DNA of 64,000 bases, counting the filler, from Stramenopiles sp. TOSAG23-3 (taxonomy: Eukaryota): assembly GCA_900128585.1 (NCBI GenBank). It is 41 parts of 41 records of this genome, joined end to end, with 100 filler letters (N's around TTAATTAATTAA, not from the genome) between each part and the next. Parts side by side here need not be neighbours in the genome. Positions count along the whole stretch, not along the records: positions 22,038 to 23,503 come from LT645812.1; positions 23,604 to 25,069 come from LT645813.1; positions 25,170 to 26,635 come from LT645814.1; positions 26,736 to 28,200 come from LT645815.1; positions 28,301 to 29,764 come from LT645816.1; positions 29,865 to 31,328 come from LT645817.1; positions 31,429 to 32,891 come from LT645818.1; 34 more parts are not named here. One strand, written 5' to 3'. Below the pieces are notes generated by a model. It saw nothing but the letters and a program-made list of their open reading frames with translations, searched no databases and had not been told where the DNA came from. Position numbers and translations under genes: made by a program. Shown here piece after piece: positions 22,328 to 32,991 of this stretch. Each line of letters starts with the position of its first letter. The stretch's first letter is position 1.

Positions 22328-23503
22328 TTAACCATTGCACATGGCATTTATTTGTTCCTGGGCATCTTTCTTCAAAAGCTTCATGTTGGTTCTCTTGTTC
22401 CGCTTTTCATCGGTCACTGCATCACAATCAAACTCTTGGCACCTTTTGCCATTTTCAGAAACGTAGCAACAGTGATCTTTCCCTAGGCATTTCGTCAAAA
22501 TATCACGGATTGAATCCTTTTTGCCAAATTTTCTCTCTCTAAGTGCGCATTTTACTTTATCACAGTTTTTCCCGGGTTCAGCAGCACCGCTACCAGACCC
22601 GGACCCAGAGCCACTGCCAGACCCAGAGCCACTGCCAGACCCGGAGCCACTACCAGACCCAGAGCCTGCATCTGACCCTTCCGAATCACCACTACATTTC
22701 TTTTTTAAACGGTCCTGGATATTCTTCTTCAACGTTTTGACATTAGTATTTTTGTCTCTGTCTTCATTCAGCGCGACGTCACAGTTAAATTCCTCACAAC
22801 TTTTTCCATCATCAGTGGCGTAGCAACAGTCATCGTTTCCCAAACATTTCTTTAAGGCATTTGGCCCGAGCTTTTTTGCCCTGTCCTCACAGTTTACATT
22901 TGAACACTTGTCTCCACTCCCTTCTTCAGAACCCGATCCTTGTACGGAGCCAGATCCTTCTACGGAGCCAGATCCTTCTACGGAGCCAGACCCTCCTTCA
23001 GAGCCCGATGCACCACTTTCTGAGTTCATCTTGGCTACTTTCTTAGCTGCGATTCTCTTCTTCGCCAACCCCTGAGCTTTAACTTTTTTAAAATTTTTCA
23101 TACCTACGGAGCCTGACCCTTCCTCTGAGACTGTTGCTCCGGTGCTCGGGCCTGGGGCTTCGGTCTGTTGTTCGTCCTCGTCGTCGTTTTCTTTTGCAAC
23201 CTGTTTAGCTTCTTGTTCTTTGTCAGGCTTCGCTGCCGCCGGTCCTTTTACGGAGGAGCCAGACCCTACTTTCGAGCCAGGCCTTGCTGCAGCAGCCCCG
23301 GAAGCGTCTTCACTAGACCCGGATCCCTCTCCGCTACCTGTCAGCGATCCAGAACCAGTACCAGAACCGGACACCTCTTCTGAGCCAGACCCTTCTACAG
23401 AGCCAGACCCTTCGTCCGAACCAGAGCCTTCTACGGAGTTAGACCCTTCCTCCGAACCGGAGCCTTCTACGGAGCCAGATCCTTCGATGGAGCCAGACCC
23501 TTC
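22328..23503 (-). CDS. Gly-Ser repeat protein with two Cys-rich modules (C-terminal part)
   Basis: (EGSGSx)n and (GS)n tracts. Two copies of C..V.C..R..K.G...KCLG.D.CCY....GK.C.EF.CD...C. Confidence 0.8.
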   Translation of the reverse strand, partial: EGSGSIEGSGSVEGSGSEEGSNSVEGSGSDEGSGSVEGSGSEEVSGSGTGSGSLTGSGEGSGSSEDASGAAAARPGSKVGSGSSVKGPAAAKPDKEQEAKQVAKENDDEDEQQTEAPGPSTGATVSEEGSGSVGMKNFKKVKAQGLAKKRIAAKKVAKMNSESGASGSEGGSGSVEGSGSVEGSGSVQGSGSEEGSGDKCSNVNCEDRAKKLGPNALKKCLGNDDCCYATDDGKSCEEFNCDVALNEDRDKNTNVKTLKKNIQDRLKKKCSGDSEGSDAGSGSGSGSGSGSGSGSGSGSGSGSGSGAAEPGKNCDKVKCALRERKFGKKDSIRDILTKCLGKDHCCYVSENGKRCQEFDCDAVTDEKRNKRTNMKLLKKDAQEQINAMCNG

Positions 23504-23896
23504 NNNNNNNNNNNNNNNNNNNNNNNNNNNNNNNNNNNNNNNNNNNNTTAATTAATTAANNNNNNNNNNNNNNNNNNNNNNNNNNNNNNNNNNNNNNNNN
23601 NNNAGCTGCATCCACACAGTCTCTGCCCCGATTCGAATGGCATCAGTATAGCACGGACTCGACCGGTATACACTTTTTCTTCTTCTTCTTCCTACCAGCT
23701 GCCTACAATTGCATCAGTAGTATAGTACGGACTTGACCTGTACGAGGTACACACTTTAACTGAATGAAAACACCATTCAAAAGTGAAGTGCTGCAGATAT
23801 GCAGATAGCCCCTAATTATATTTGCTTGTAGTAATAATAAGTACAATAACCTTATGAGACCCGACTGTTGGTAAAACAAAATATAATGGAGTCACG

Positions 23897-24421
23897 CCAT
23901 TCCATATTTCCAATTGCTTCATTATTAAGGATATAGTTAATGGAACAATATTTTGTCATTGAACTGAGAAATTTGTTTTAATAAGTATACAATTGTATGG
24001 TAGTTTATTAAATGTCACGAATTTGATAATTGATTCATTTATAATTAATATTTCCTTAATTATCAACACGCGCACAGTGAAATCAATCATCAGTAGTTGA
24101 ACAAGCACAAACTTTTCTAGTTTCTATAATATAGTTGTTGTATGTCAAAAAATGCATTAGGGGGGAATTGCAGGCATAATTTGTTGTAGTAATGGTTTCT
24201 TAAATATTTGTATCCCCTCCTCGAAAATTTGGATATTAAATTAGTCGTCGTCTACTTTTTGATCCTCCCCCCACTTTCTGTATTCGAAAAAGATTCAAAA
24301 TAATAAATAATCCGGCATGGAAAAAATAATAAGAAGAATCAGAGCATTATTAGAGACTATTAATTAATACTGGAATGATTATGATGAGAGAAACGACCAT
24401 TCCATATTTCCAATTGCTTCA
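23897..24421 (+). repeat. 25-nt direct repeat pair (23897-23921 and 24397-24421)
   Basis: CCATTCCATATTTCCAATTGCTTCA occurs twice, 500 nt apart, each followed by a TATTAAGG.TATA-like tract. Confidence 0.85.
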
Positions 24422-25170
24422 GCTATTATATTAAGGCTATATTAATACACCAAGGTAGACCAATATTTGATTAATGGCTTCATTTTTTATTATTATTTAT
24501 TTTGCTGTTTGATTAAGACGACGACTACTACTATGCATTATCGACTACGGCAGTAGCTGGAATTATACCGGTATAATACCAGGTAGTACTATGAATTGTT
24601 GAAGCTGAGGAAATAATATGGATATTTTCCACGGCGATGATGATGATGCGTTAAAAATTAGGGTCGTCATAGGTTTAAATTGTAATTTTAAACGGACACG
24701 CAGTAGATGCCGGAAGTAAAAGCTCAATGACCAAAAATGCATCTAGAGTTACGTTTACTATTTTGTTAAAAAAGCTTAAAATAATTATTAAAGATCAGGA
24801 AAAACACAAGAAAAATACAGGAGCAGATACAAATCGAAGTACATGAAGGAAGTAAAACTTTACTGGGCAAAAACAAATTTTATCATTTGTAAGGAAGGAT
24901 GAATTGGGAATTCAAGAGGAGGTAGTCATTAAAAAGAAAATACTGGCGGTTTTTTTTGCATTTAAAATATGTATAAAAAGAAAAAAGAAGGTGTCAGTTC
25001 AAAAACAATATCTCCTCCTATTGCAGATTCTCCCCAAGTTCTGGTCAAGATTCCAATTGATTGGTCTTANNNNNNNNNNNNNNNNNNNNNNNNNNNNNNN
25101 NNNNNNNNNNNNNTTAATTAATTAANNNNNNNNNNNNNNNNNNNNNNNNNNNNNNNNNNNNNNNNNNNNG

Positions 25171-26157
25171 CGCAAGGGCACCGACACCCCAATGCCAACC
25201 GATGGCAACATCGACAATCCGTACTGGGACAAAGAGTTTGAGCCGGTGGCGGCGGAGAGAGCACAGCTCGCAAAAACGTTCAAGGGTCACAACAACGCCG
25301 TGGCGAGTGTTGCCTTTCACCCACGCAAGCAGATCTTGGCGACGGTTAGTGATGATGAAACTTGGAAGCTGTGGTCCGTGCCAAACGGCGATTTGATCAT
25401 GTCGGGAGAGGGCCACAAGGAGTGGGTGTCCGGTGTTTCGTTCCACCCCAAGGGGACGCATCTTGCGACCAGCAGCGGAGACTCCACTGTAAAGATATGG
25501 GACTTCGCGACGGCGTCGTGCGCTGCGACGATGACCGATCATACCCAACCAGTTTGGGCGGTCGACTTTCACCACAGTGGCGACTTTTTAGCAAGTTCCA
25601 GCATGGACCACACGGCCAAGCTATGGGACCTGAACAGTTTGCGGTGCCGCCAAACGTTCCGTGGCCATGTCGATAGTATTAATCACGTAGTGTTTCAACC
25701 TTATACAAACAACATTTGCACAGGGTCTGGAGATAAGACCGTGTCCATTTGGGACATCCGAAGTGGCCTCTGCGTCCAAACGTTTTATGGGCACATGAAC
25801 GCGGTCAACCACGTTGGCTTCAACAGGACGGGCTCGAACATTGCGTCCTGCGACGCCGACGGGGTCGTGAAGCTGTGGGATGTTAGAATGGTTGCCGAGC
25901 GCATGACGTTGACCGGCGGGCAACACCCCTTGAATAAGATTGCATTCGATCGCAGCGGAAAGGTGCTAGTGGCTGCCTGCGACGACGGGACCATCAAAGT
26001 GTTCCGAACGGACGCGGAAGACGGTGCCGGCGGCCACGTCGCTGATTTGCGTGGTCATGAAGACGCCGTTCAGGCAGTGTGCTTCGATCCTAAAGGTAAG
26101 TTCATGGTTAGTGGGAGTAGTGATTCTACTTTCCGGGTATGGGCAATGTCGGCGTAA
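25171..26157 (+). CDS. SPAG16: Flagellar central-apparatus WD40 protein PF20/SPAG16 (C-terminal WD40 domain)
   Basis: Seven WD repeats with PF20-like sequence: AFHPRKQILATVSDDETWKLW, LIMSGEGHKEWVSG, SMDHTAKLWDLNSLRCRQTFRGHVDSIN, RSGLCVQTFYGHMNAVN. Confidence 0.85.
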   Translation, partial: RKGTDTPMPTDGNIDNPYWDKEFEPVAAERAQLAKTFKGHNNAVASVAFHPRKQILATVSDDETWKLWSVPNGDLIMSGEGHKEWVSGVSFHPKGTHLATSSGDSTVKIWDFATASCAATMTDHTQPVWAVDFHHSGDFLASSSMDHTAKLWDLNSLRCRQTFRGHVDSINHVVFQPYTNNICTGSGDKTVSIWDIRSGLCVQTFYGHMNAVNHVGFNRTGSNIASCDADGVVKLWDVRMVAERMTLTGGQHPLNKIAFDRSGKVLVAACDDGTIKVFRTDAEDGAGGHVADLRGHEDAVQAVCFDPKGKFMVSGSSDSTFRVWAMSA

Positions 26158-26559
26158 TTACTTTTACATAACTGAATTTAGCGTTTTCTTTAAAACGAGA
26201 CTGAAAGATTTAAATTTATTTTAATTTCCAAATCTCATCTCAACCAACGAACCAAAACCTGATGATTTAACAGAGCTTTTGATCGCCGAACTTTTCAGGG
26301 CGAAGAGAGAGAGAGCGATGCCTAAAATCGCTTTTTCTACGGTTTTGAATTATTGGTTGAAGAAAATCCACACCCTCACATTACTATACTATTACAGTAC
26401 CTGGTACCTGTACCGTACCTGGTATTATACCAGGTGGAAATACTACGGTACAGGTTTCAGGTAGGGACTGGAAATTATTTAATTAAACATCTCTTGTAGC
26501 GCTATGATATTCACAATTTAAATATAATACTAATAATATAAGGAAGGAATAAGGAACTC

Positions 26560-26561
<2 letters not shown>

Positions 26562-26635
<74 letters not shown>
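26562..26635. repeat. (TTTC)n microsatellite
   Basis: Direct reading at contig end. Confidence 0.9.
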
Positions 26636-26832
26636 NNNNNNNNNNNNNNNNNNNNNNNNNNNNNNNNNNNNNNNNNNNNTTAATTAATTAANNNNNNNNN
26701 NNNNNNNNNNNNNNNNNNNNNNNNNNNNNNNNNNNGAACGCAGCATCGTGATGATTAGTTTTTACTTCGTTCTACTTAAACTACTACCTGCATTTTAAAT
26801 CAACTTGTTATATATTGTACTCTAAAATATAC

Positions 26833-27560
26833 CTATAAGTAGTGTAAAACGCTATTTAATAAAAAATATGAAAAAAAAGAAAAAAGAAGGAAGATTGCCA
26901 AGCTACCGTAGTAAGAGTTCGCAGCACAGCCAAACTCGCCCAGTCCTTCGACCAAGACGCACTTTGGGCTTGGGATAGTTTTTGCTACCTTCCTGCCCGC
27001 CAAAAATGCTTCCACTGCGTGCTGCTTTGCTTCCGCGGCTTCGTTCACGTAGGCCGTGGCGTTCTTCCTGTCCGTCTTGCTGTGCGCTTTCACAACTTTC
27101 TCCTCCGCTGCTAGATCTTGTTCCGCTTTTGTGCTCCTTTCTCGTTCGTCCTTGTCCAAGGACTCCTTTGCTCTGTAGTCGGCGTCCATGCGCTGGTTCT
27201 CAAGCTCCTCCGATTTCTTGTCGTCGCTGTTAGATTCAGTTTGCTTTTCGTTCGCAGCTTCCCGCAATGCTTCGGCAGCCTTTTTAGCAGCTTGAGCGGC
27301 CGCCATCAACGATTTGGATTTGTCGATGCGCTGCTGTACGTCTGCTGCTTCTTTGTCGTCTTCCAGGACTTTCCCAGTATGTTCCAGAGCTTTCTTCAAG
27401 GCCTTGTCCGAGGTCTTCTCGGATCTTTCCTTCGCTGCTTCAAGCTCCGCTTTGGCATCGGCACTCTTCTTCACGCCGTCTTCGCTTTTTTTGCTGTACT
27501 CCGCCGCCTTGTCCGCTTCTTTCACAGCCTCCTCGGCCGTTTGGACCGTCGTCTCCCCCA
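26833..27560 (-). CDS. K/E/A-rich coiled-coil protein fragment (left arm of a probable chimeric contig)
   Basis: Strongly protein-like from GETTVQTAEEAVKEADKAAE onward, with a possible hydrophobic C-terminus. No credible start. Confidence 0.6.
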
Positions 27561-28200
27561 ACCCGCTAGATGCGTCGAAGAAACAAGTCGTGCCAGAAAT
27601 GCAGAAGAGCGTTGCAAGCATAGCTCACGTCGTCGCATCTCAAGCGAAATTAAAATTAAAGGATCAGTTACGAAAAGTATACAAAAAGATAGACGATGAG
27701 ACCGGTCGACTAAGCGCCGCCGTGAAGAAAGCGTCTGGTGAAATGAAAGCCACGCGAGAGAAGGAAGATAGCAGTGAAGAAAAAGAGGAAAGGAAAGCCC
27801 CATCGCAGCCGGCAACCGAGCAGCAGAAGGTCTTCGGCGACATTGCTCATGCTGCTGCGTCAACCGCCAAATCTAAGATCGACAAAGAATTGAAGAAAGC
27901 GTACAAGAAAATCGATGAAGAGTCGGGTAGATTGTCTGGGTCAGTGAAGACGGCCGAAAAGGAAATTGCCGAGTCTCGCGAGGTATCCAAAGAATCCAAG
28001 GGCGACAAGAAGGTGGAAGTGCAACCAGAAGCAGCTCCTGTACCACAAGAGTCAGACGAGAAGGTGGAAGGAAAGAGTGCCGGGGAAACAAAAGGCCGCA
28101 AAGCAATTTCGGTATTACGTGCGTTGATGAAAAAGTTGGACAAAATGGACACAAAGTTACACCACGTCCATGGGATGATGAAAAATATTCACTCCAAGGA
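27560..28200 (+). CDS. K/E-rich repeat protein fragment (right arm of a probable chimeric contig)
   Basis: Internal repeat IAH..AS.AK.K....L.K.YKKID.E.GRLS..VK.A..E occurs twice. No credible start. Confidence 0.6.
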
Positions 28201-28300
28201 NNNNNNNNNNNNNNNNNNNNNNNNNNNNNNNNNNNNNNNNNNNNTTAATTAATTAANNNNNNNNNNNNNNNNNNNNNNNNNNNNNNNNNNNNNNNNNNNN

Positions 28301-29764
28301 CACGTAAACCATTTGTGTACGGTCGGCCGTATTTGTCAATTCCTTCATAGTGGCACTTATATTTCATATATTTGCAGTATTCATGGTCCTTGGCAACTTC
28401 TCGTAGGTTTTCTCTTAGTGCATAAGCTTCTTCGTCTCCGTGGTATTCAAACTCGAACGTTCGGCGTTCTCGCTCGCTCGAAATTTCCTTTATGAACCTT
28501 GGGTCTCTCTCTAAGCAGATTGCATGTGTCGGTTTATACGGTTTGTTTAAGAACGCGTGATAAGCTTCCATGGCATTTAGTGAGTGCTCTGGTGCGTACC
28601 CATTTGCCCATTGAAATTCTTTCTTCCCCGATGTTCGATAGTGACGGTTAGGCCGCCACCCGTACTGTTCTCCTAACAACAAAACAAAGAATCCCGGGCA
28701 AGATTCAATTTCGAGGAGAGAGTTTTCAAGTTGTCCAAGACCAGTGTCTGAGTGAAGCTCATTCATCATACCGTGCCTCAAATCAATTGCTTCCGCACGA
28801 ATTTTGTGCTTCGCTAAAACTGCGTTCACCTGCGGTATTACATGGTTGTGAATACATTGGCGTTCTCCATGCATGTCTGAAAAAGTTGATGATACGTATA
28901 CTTTAATTGTGCGCCATATTGCCCCCTCTGAATTTTGAAGTATTTTATTGTGTACGGGCAGCCACTCCTCCCGGAGCATTTTCAAGGTTTCTTCTGCTTC
29001 TAACTTTGGGTTTCCTTTCAGTCGTCTGGTTCCTCTGCCTTTACTCTTTTTTTTTGAGGGTTTACCAGAAGCACCTCCTTTGTCCGTTACAATTGTTCGT
29101 ATTGATTTTGTTTTGACCATGAATGTGGGGGAGTCTTCCATACCTGCAGTACTTCTTTTGTCGAAGGAAGTTTCTGTATCACTGAATAGACTACTACTTG
29201 TTGCACCCGATATAGGCCTTGAATCAAAATTGAAAATATCTGAACTTGCTATTGAATCTGCAACTTTCGTATTTCGTTCCAGTAAAAAACTATTTTCTTC
29301 TCCCGCAACAAGGTTTCCTGCTGCTTCTTCAAACATCCTATCGAGTGCCGAAAGTTTTTCTCTATCCGAAGCCGAAAATAGGCTTAAATCGAGTGTATGA
29401 AGAGCACCTCCCTTCTCACTAAAAGCTAGAGACCCGGCAGTGAAACCTCTGGGAGGAAACAATGATGGCGAAGACAGACGCGGCAATTCCCTGTGCTTTT
29501 TTCGACGTCTCGGTTTTTTCAAGTTCAGGATTAAAGTCTCTTTGGCCAAACCTTTGTACCTAAATACCGTTTGTGAACGCATTCCCCTGCCGGCCCCTTC
29601 ACTTTGGGCTGGGTTCGTGGCAGAAAGTGCCACCCCAAGCCTACTACTTTTGAAAGCCTGTTCCTTGCCCGCCGTATTTCGTTTGTTATCGGAAACACCG
29701 AATTTCCTTCTTTCATTTTTCTTACTGTCTCTGGGATTGCCATTGCTGATATTCCATGTCTTAT
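28301..29764 (-). CDS. DUF4062-containing TEP1/NWD-like protein (internal fragment)
   Basis: WRTIKVYVSSTFSDMHGER, IDLRHG and FFVLLLGEQYGW match the DUF4062 domain that precedes NACHT in TEP1/NWD proteins. Frame open across the contig. Confidence 0.75.
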
Positions 29765-29864
29765 NNNNNNNNNNNNNNNNNNNNNNNNNNNNNNNNNNNN
29801 NNNNNNNNTTAATTAATTAANNNNNNNNNNNNNNNNNNNNNNNNNNNNNNNNNNNNNNNNNNNN

Positions 29865-30925
29865 GATGTTTGCGGCGGGGGCCCACACTTGCCAACGACG
29901 CTATCGTGAAGGTTTATGGTAGGCACATTGTACTTTGCCATGATCGCCGCTGCCTGATTGTTCAAATTGACGACGCACCCGTCGTTCTTCACGGCGCACA
30001 TGTATGGGGATGTCAGCGCAAAGAGCAGTTTAGCTTGCGGTTGGGAAGCAATCAACATTCTGGTGATAGTTTCGAGCTGTGGGGCATATACATTAGGGAG
30101 ACCGGCTTGGCCAGGCACTGTCTCATTACCTAATGGCCCATCGTGCAGGCCCCAGTTGAACATGAGCACGTCCGGTTTGAGTTTGTTCCCCGCAGGACTT
30201 CGCATCATATTCTCCAAACACTGCACCCCATAAGCGGTTTCCTCAGCCCCCCCGTCGCGCTCATCGTACGGGCTATGCTGCACGAATGCGATGGATTTCA
30301 TTGCTTTCGCCACAAAGGGAGTGTATCCTATTGATACACTGTCTCCGAGTATAATAATGTTGGGCAGTGTCTTTGATAAGGGCAGCGCGGCGCCGGATTT
30401 GCACACCGAGATCCCACTGGTTCTGCTGTTCTTTCCCACGCAGGTCGTTAGGTACAACCCCTCGTCATGGCACACCGTTCCCGAAGGGCAGCAGGTCTGG
30501 TTGTTCGCGCAGCAGACAGCGTCTTTGTACGGGCAGCAGCCCTCCCCGTTCACAGCGTACGCTGCACGGCAGACTGTGCCGACGTGGCACACTTGGCCCC
30601 CCGGTTTAGGTCTTGGTGAGGGTGGCGCTGGAGGCGATGAACAATTTTCCCACCTACAACCGGACGTGTAAGCACCGCTTCCAGACTTAGGAGATGGTTC
30701 CTTTCCAGCCATCGATTTTTTTAGAAAACATGTCGTGGGGGGTGCGAACGTCCAAAAACCACACCCTGTTGCGCTTGCGCAGGCATTACAGCAATCACTG
30801 GCGCTATTTGCATCCGTCTCGTAAAGATCATGACCCACAAAGTTAGTGTAGGGAAACATTTTGCATTTTGCTGACGCCACTGCGGAGAACAAAGCGGCTA
30901 GAACGCAAACCAACCCTACCTTCAT
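29865..30925 (-). CDS. Secreted SGNH/GDSL hydrolase with N-terminal PAN/apple and granulin-like Cys-rich modules, 3'-truncated
   Basis: Signal peptide MKVGLVCVLAALFSAVASA. PAN-like C...CC..C.....C.FWTF....CFLK. Granulin-like CCPYKDAVCC.....CCP.G..C. SGNH blocks ILGDSVSIGY and MFNWGLHD. Confidence 0.85.
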
Positions 30926-31249
30926 TACGCCTCGTACTAATGGAAAACTGAGCTTTGTCTTGGTAATCACCTACGTATATTTCGTTCCATATTTTTTTTG
31001 GGTTGAATTTATCATATATTTTTTTCGCCTGCGTACCATTAATTTCAGGATTCAACAATGTTGAATTTGTTGGGGAAAAAAACGACATCTCTTCTAAATA
31101 TATAGAAAGAAACAAATGGATCGCCGGCCGTCGTGTGACAAAAGTAATAAAAAAAAAGAAGAAGGGTTAGGGGTTTTTTTTATTATTATTATTTTATTGA
31201 AAATAATCAATCACATATTATTATTATTTTATTATTATAAAATATTATT

Positions 31250-31328
31250 AGAAGAAGAAGAAGAAGAAGAAGAAGAAGAAGAAGAAGAAGAAGAAGAAAA
31301 AGAAGAAGAAGAAGAAGAAGAAGAAGAA
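31250..31328. repeat. (GAA)n microsatellite
   Basis: Direct reading at contig end. Confidence 0.9.
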
Positions 31329-31774
31329 NNNNNNNNNNNNNNNNNNNNNNNNNNNNNNNNNNNNNNNNNNNNTTAATTAATTAANNNNNNNNNNNNNNNN
31401 NNNNNNNNNNNNNNNNNNNNNNNNNNNNCTATATTTTTAAGGATTTATTTGAAAAAGAATCTATTTTTTTAAAATGGTGGATTTCCGATTTTTCTAGGCG
31501 CGTATGATATTATTAGTAATGCCAATAATTCTTCTTTTAATTTATTATAAAATATTTCTTTTTTTCACGGTACAACATGACACATGACGAGGCAGATAAA
31601 TTTTAATTACTACTCTGTATGATTGCATACTTTAAATAACAGCCAATTTTGTGTATTTTAATTCTTATATTATTATTCCTCTTCGTCTTCCAACGACACA
31701 AACAGCCCCCGACCTATCCACCAACAGTAAACGAACTTTCAATTTATATGCACTCGTAGGTACCATAATCGCCC

Positions 31775-32812
31775 TTAAAGCCTACTCCCCGCGCCGTTGT
31801 CATTGGCTGGGATGGCAGACTTCACGACGGGTGCCACTGCCGCCGGGGCCGCTTGTTGGTTAAGTTTTGACAAATCCCCCGTGTACGCTTCGTACCACAT
31901 CAGCAAGATCTCAAAGAACCCAATGAAGGCCAAAAAGTACGTGCTCCGCATGTCCTTTGTTTTCAACGAGTTCTTCAACGTCTTTACCATAAAAAAAGCC
32001 ATGCACAGCCCCGTGTATATCAGGCATGGGTAATAAATCCACCACCCGAAGCACAGCGCGACTACCATGTTGATGTTCAGCCCAACGTACTTGTATCCCG
32101 TCAATGCCCCTAGCTCGTAGAACGAGTTTGTGCTCTGCGCGCTCAGGGTGTAGAGCCCTGCCCTTATGATCAGAATCTCCACGAGCTGGCTCATCATCGC
32201 CGACATGGCGACGTCGTACAGGACTTCCGGCGTGAAGCGCATGCTCGCCCCCTTAAGAAGCCCAATTAGCAAAACGAACGTAAACAGGGCCATTGTCGGA
32301 ATGTACATGTCCGGGCAATTTATATCTTTCAACGGGGGGACGTGGTCCCCCTCTCCTTGTGGGCCCTGGAAGCCGCCTGCCCGCTTCCAGGACTTGACGC
32401 GGAACGGGAACAGCAGGCGCTTCAGCTTGCTCGCGACCATCTTGCCGTCCACGTTGAAATAGAATTTTAACGAGTTCCACGCCATTTGAACCCCCGGGAC
32501 ATACTTGGCCCACGTCGAACTCCCTATGCTTTTCGCATAATTTATCCCCGCGTCCCTCATTGCGGAGTTCATAAAGTCACCCTGGCCGGCGGGGGCCCCG
32601 CCAGCGCCTAGTCCCCAACCGCCCATGGCATCGCCCACACCCCCACTTGACTGCCCCTGCTGTTGCCAATTTTGCTGCGCCGGCTCCGGCTGCTGCCCCA
32701 TCTGTTGCCCCCCGGCCGGCTGCCATGGTTGTTGCTGCTGCCCACCCGAATGCTGCCCCGTCTGATGCCAAGGCTGCTGTTGCCCCGGCTGGTTGTAAGC
32801 TGGTACTTGCAT
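31775..32812 (-). CDS. YIF1: YIF1/Hrf1 family ER-Golgi membrane protein
   Basis: LKFYFNVD...KLKRLLFPF, DINCPDMYIPTMALFTFVLL, FTPEVL and GYKYVG. Q/G-rich N-terminus. Confidence 0.9.
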   Translation of the reverse strand: MQVPAYNQPGQQQPWHQTGQHSGGQQQQPWQPAGGQQMGQQPEPAQQNWQQQGQSSGGVGDAMGGWGLGAGGAPAGQGDFMNSAMRDAGINYAKSIGSSTWAKYVPGVQMAWNSLKFYFNVDGKMVASKLKRLLFPFRVKSWKRAGGFQGPQGEGDHVPPLKDINCPDMYIPTMALFTFVLLIGLLKGASMRFTPEVLYDVAMSAMMSQLVEILIIRAGLYTLSAQSTNSFYELGALTGYKYVGLNINMVVALCFGWWIYYPCLIYTGLCMAFFMVKTLKNSLKTKDMRSTYFLAFIGFFEILLMWYEAYTGDLSKLNQQAAPAAVAPVVKSAIPANDNGAGSRL

Positions 32813-32991
32813 TGATGGTTCTCGTAGAAGTATAGACTATTAAAGTACTTTGATGAAAAACATTCTCGTTTTTTTTCTGTGCATGTGCATGNNNNNNNNN
32901 NNNNNNNNNNNNNNNNNNNNNNNNNNNNNNNNNNNTTAATTAATTAANNNNNNNNNNNNNNNNNNNNNNNNNNNNNNNNNNNNNNNNNNNN

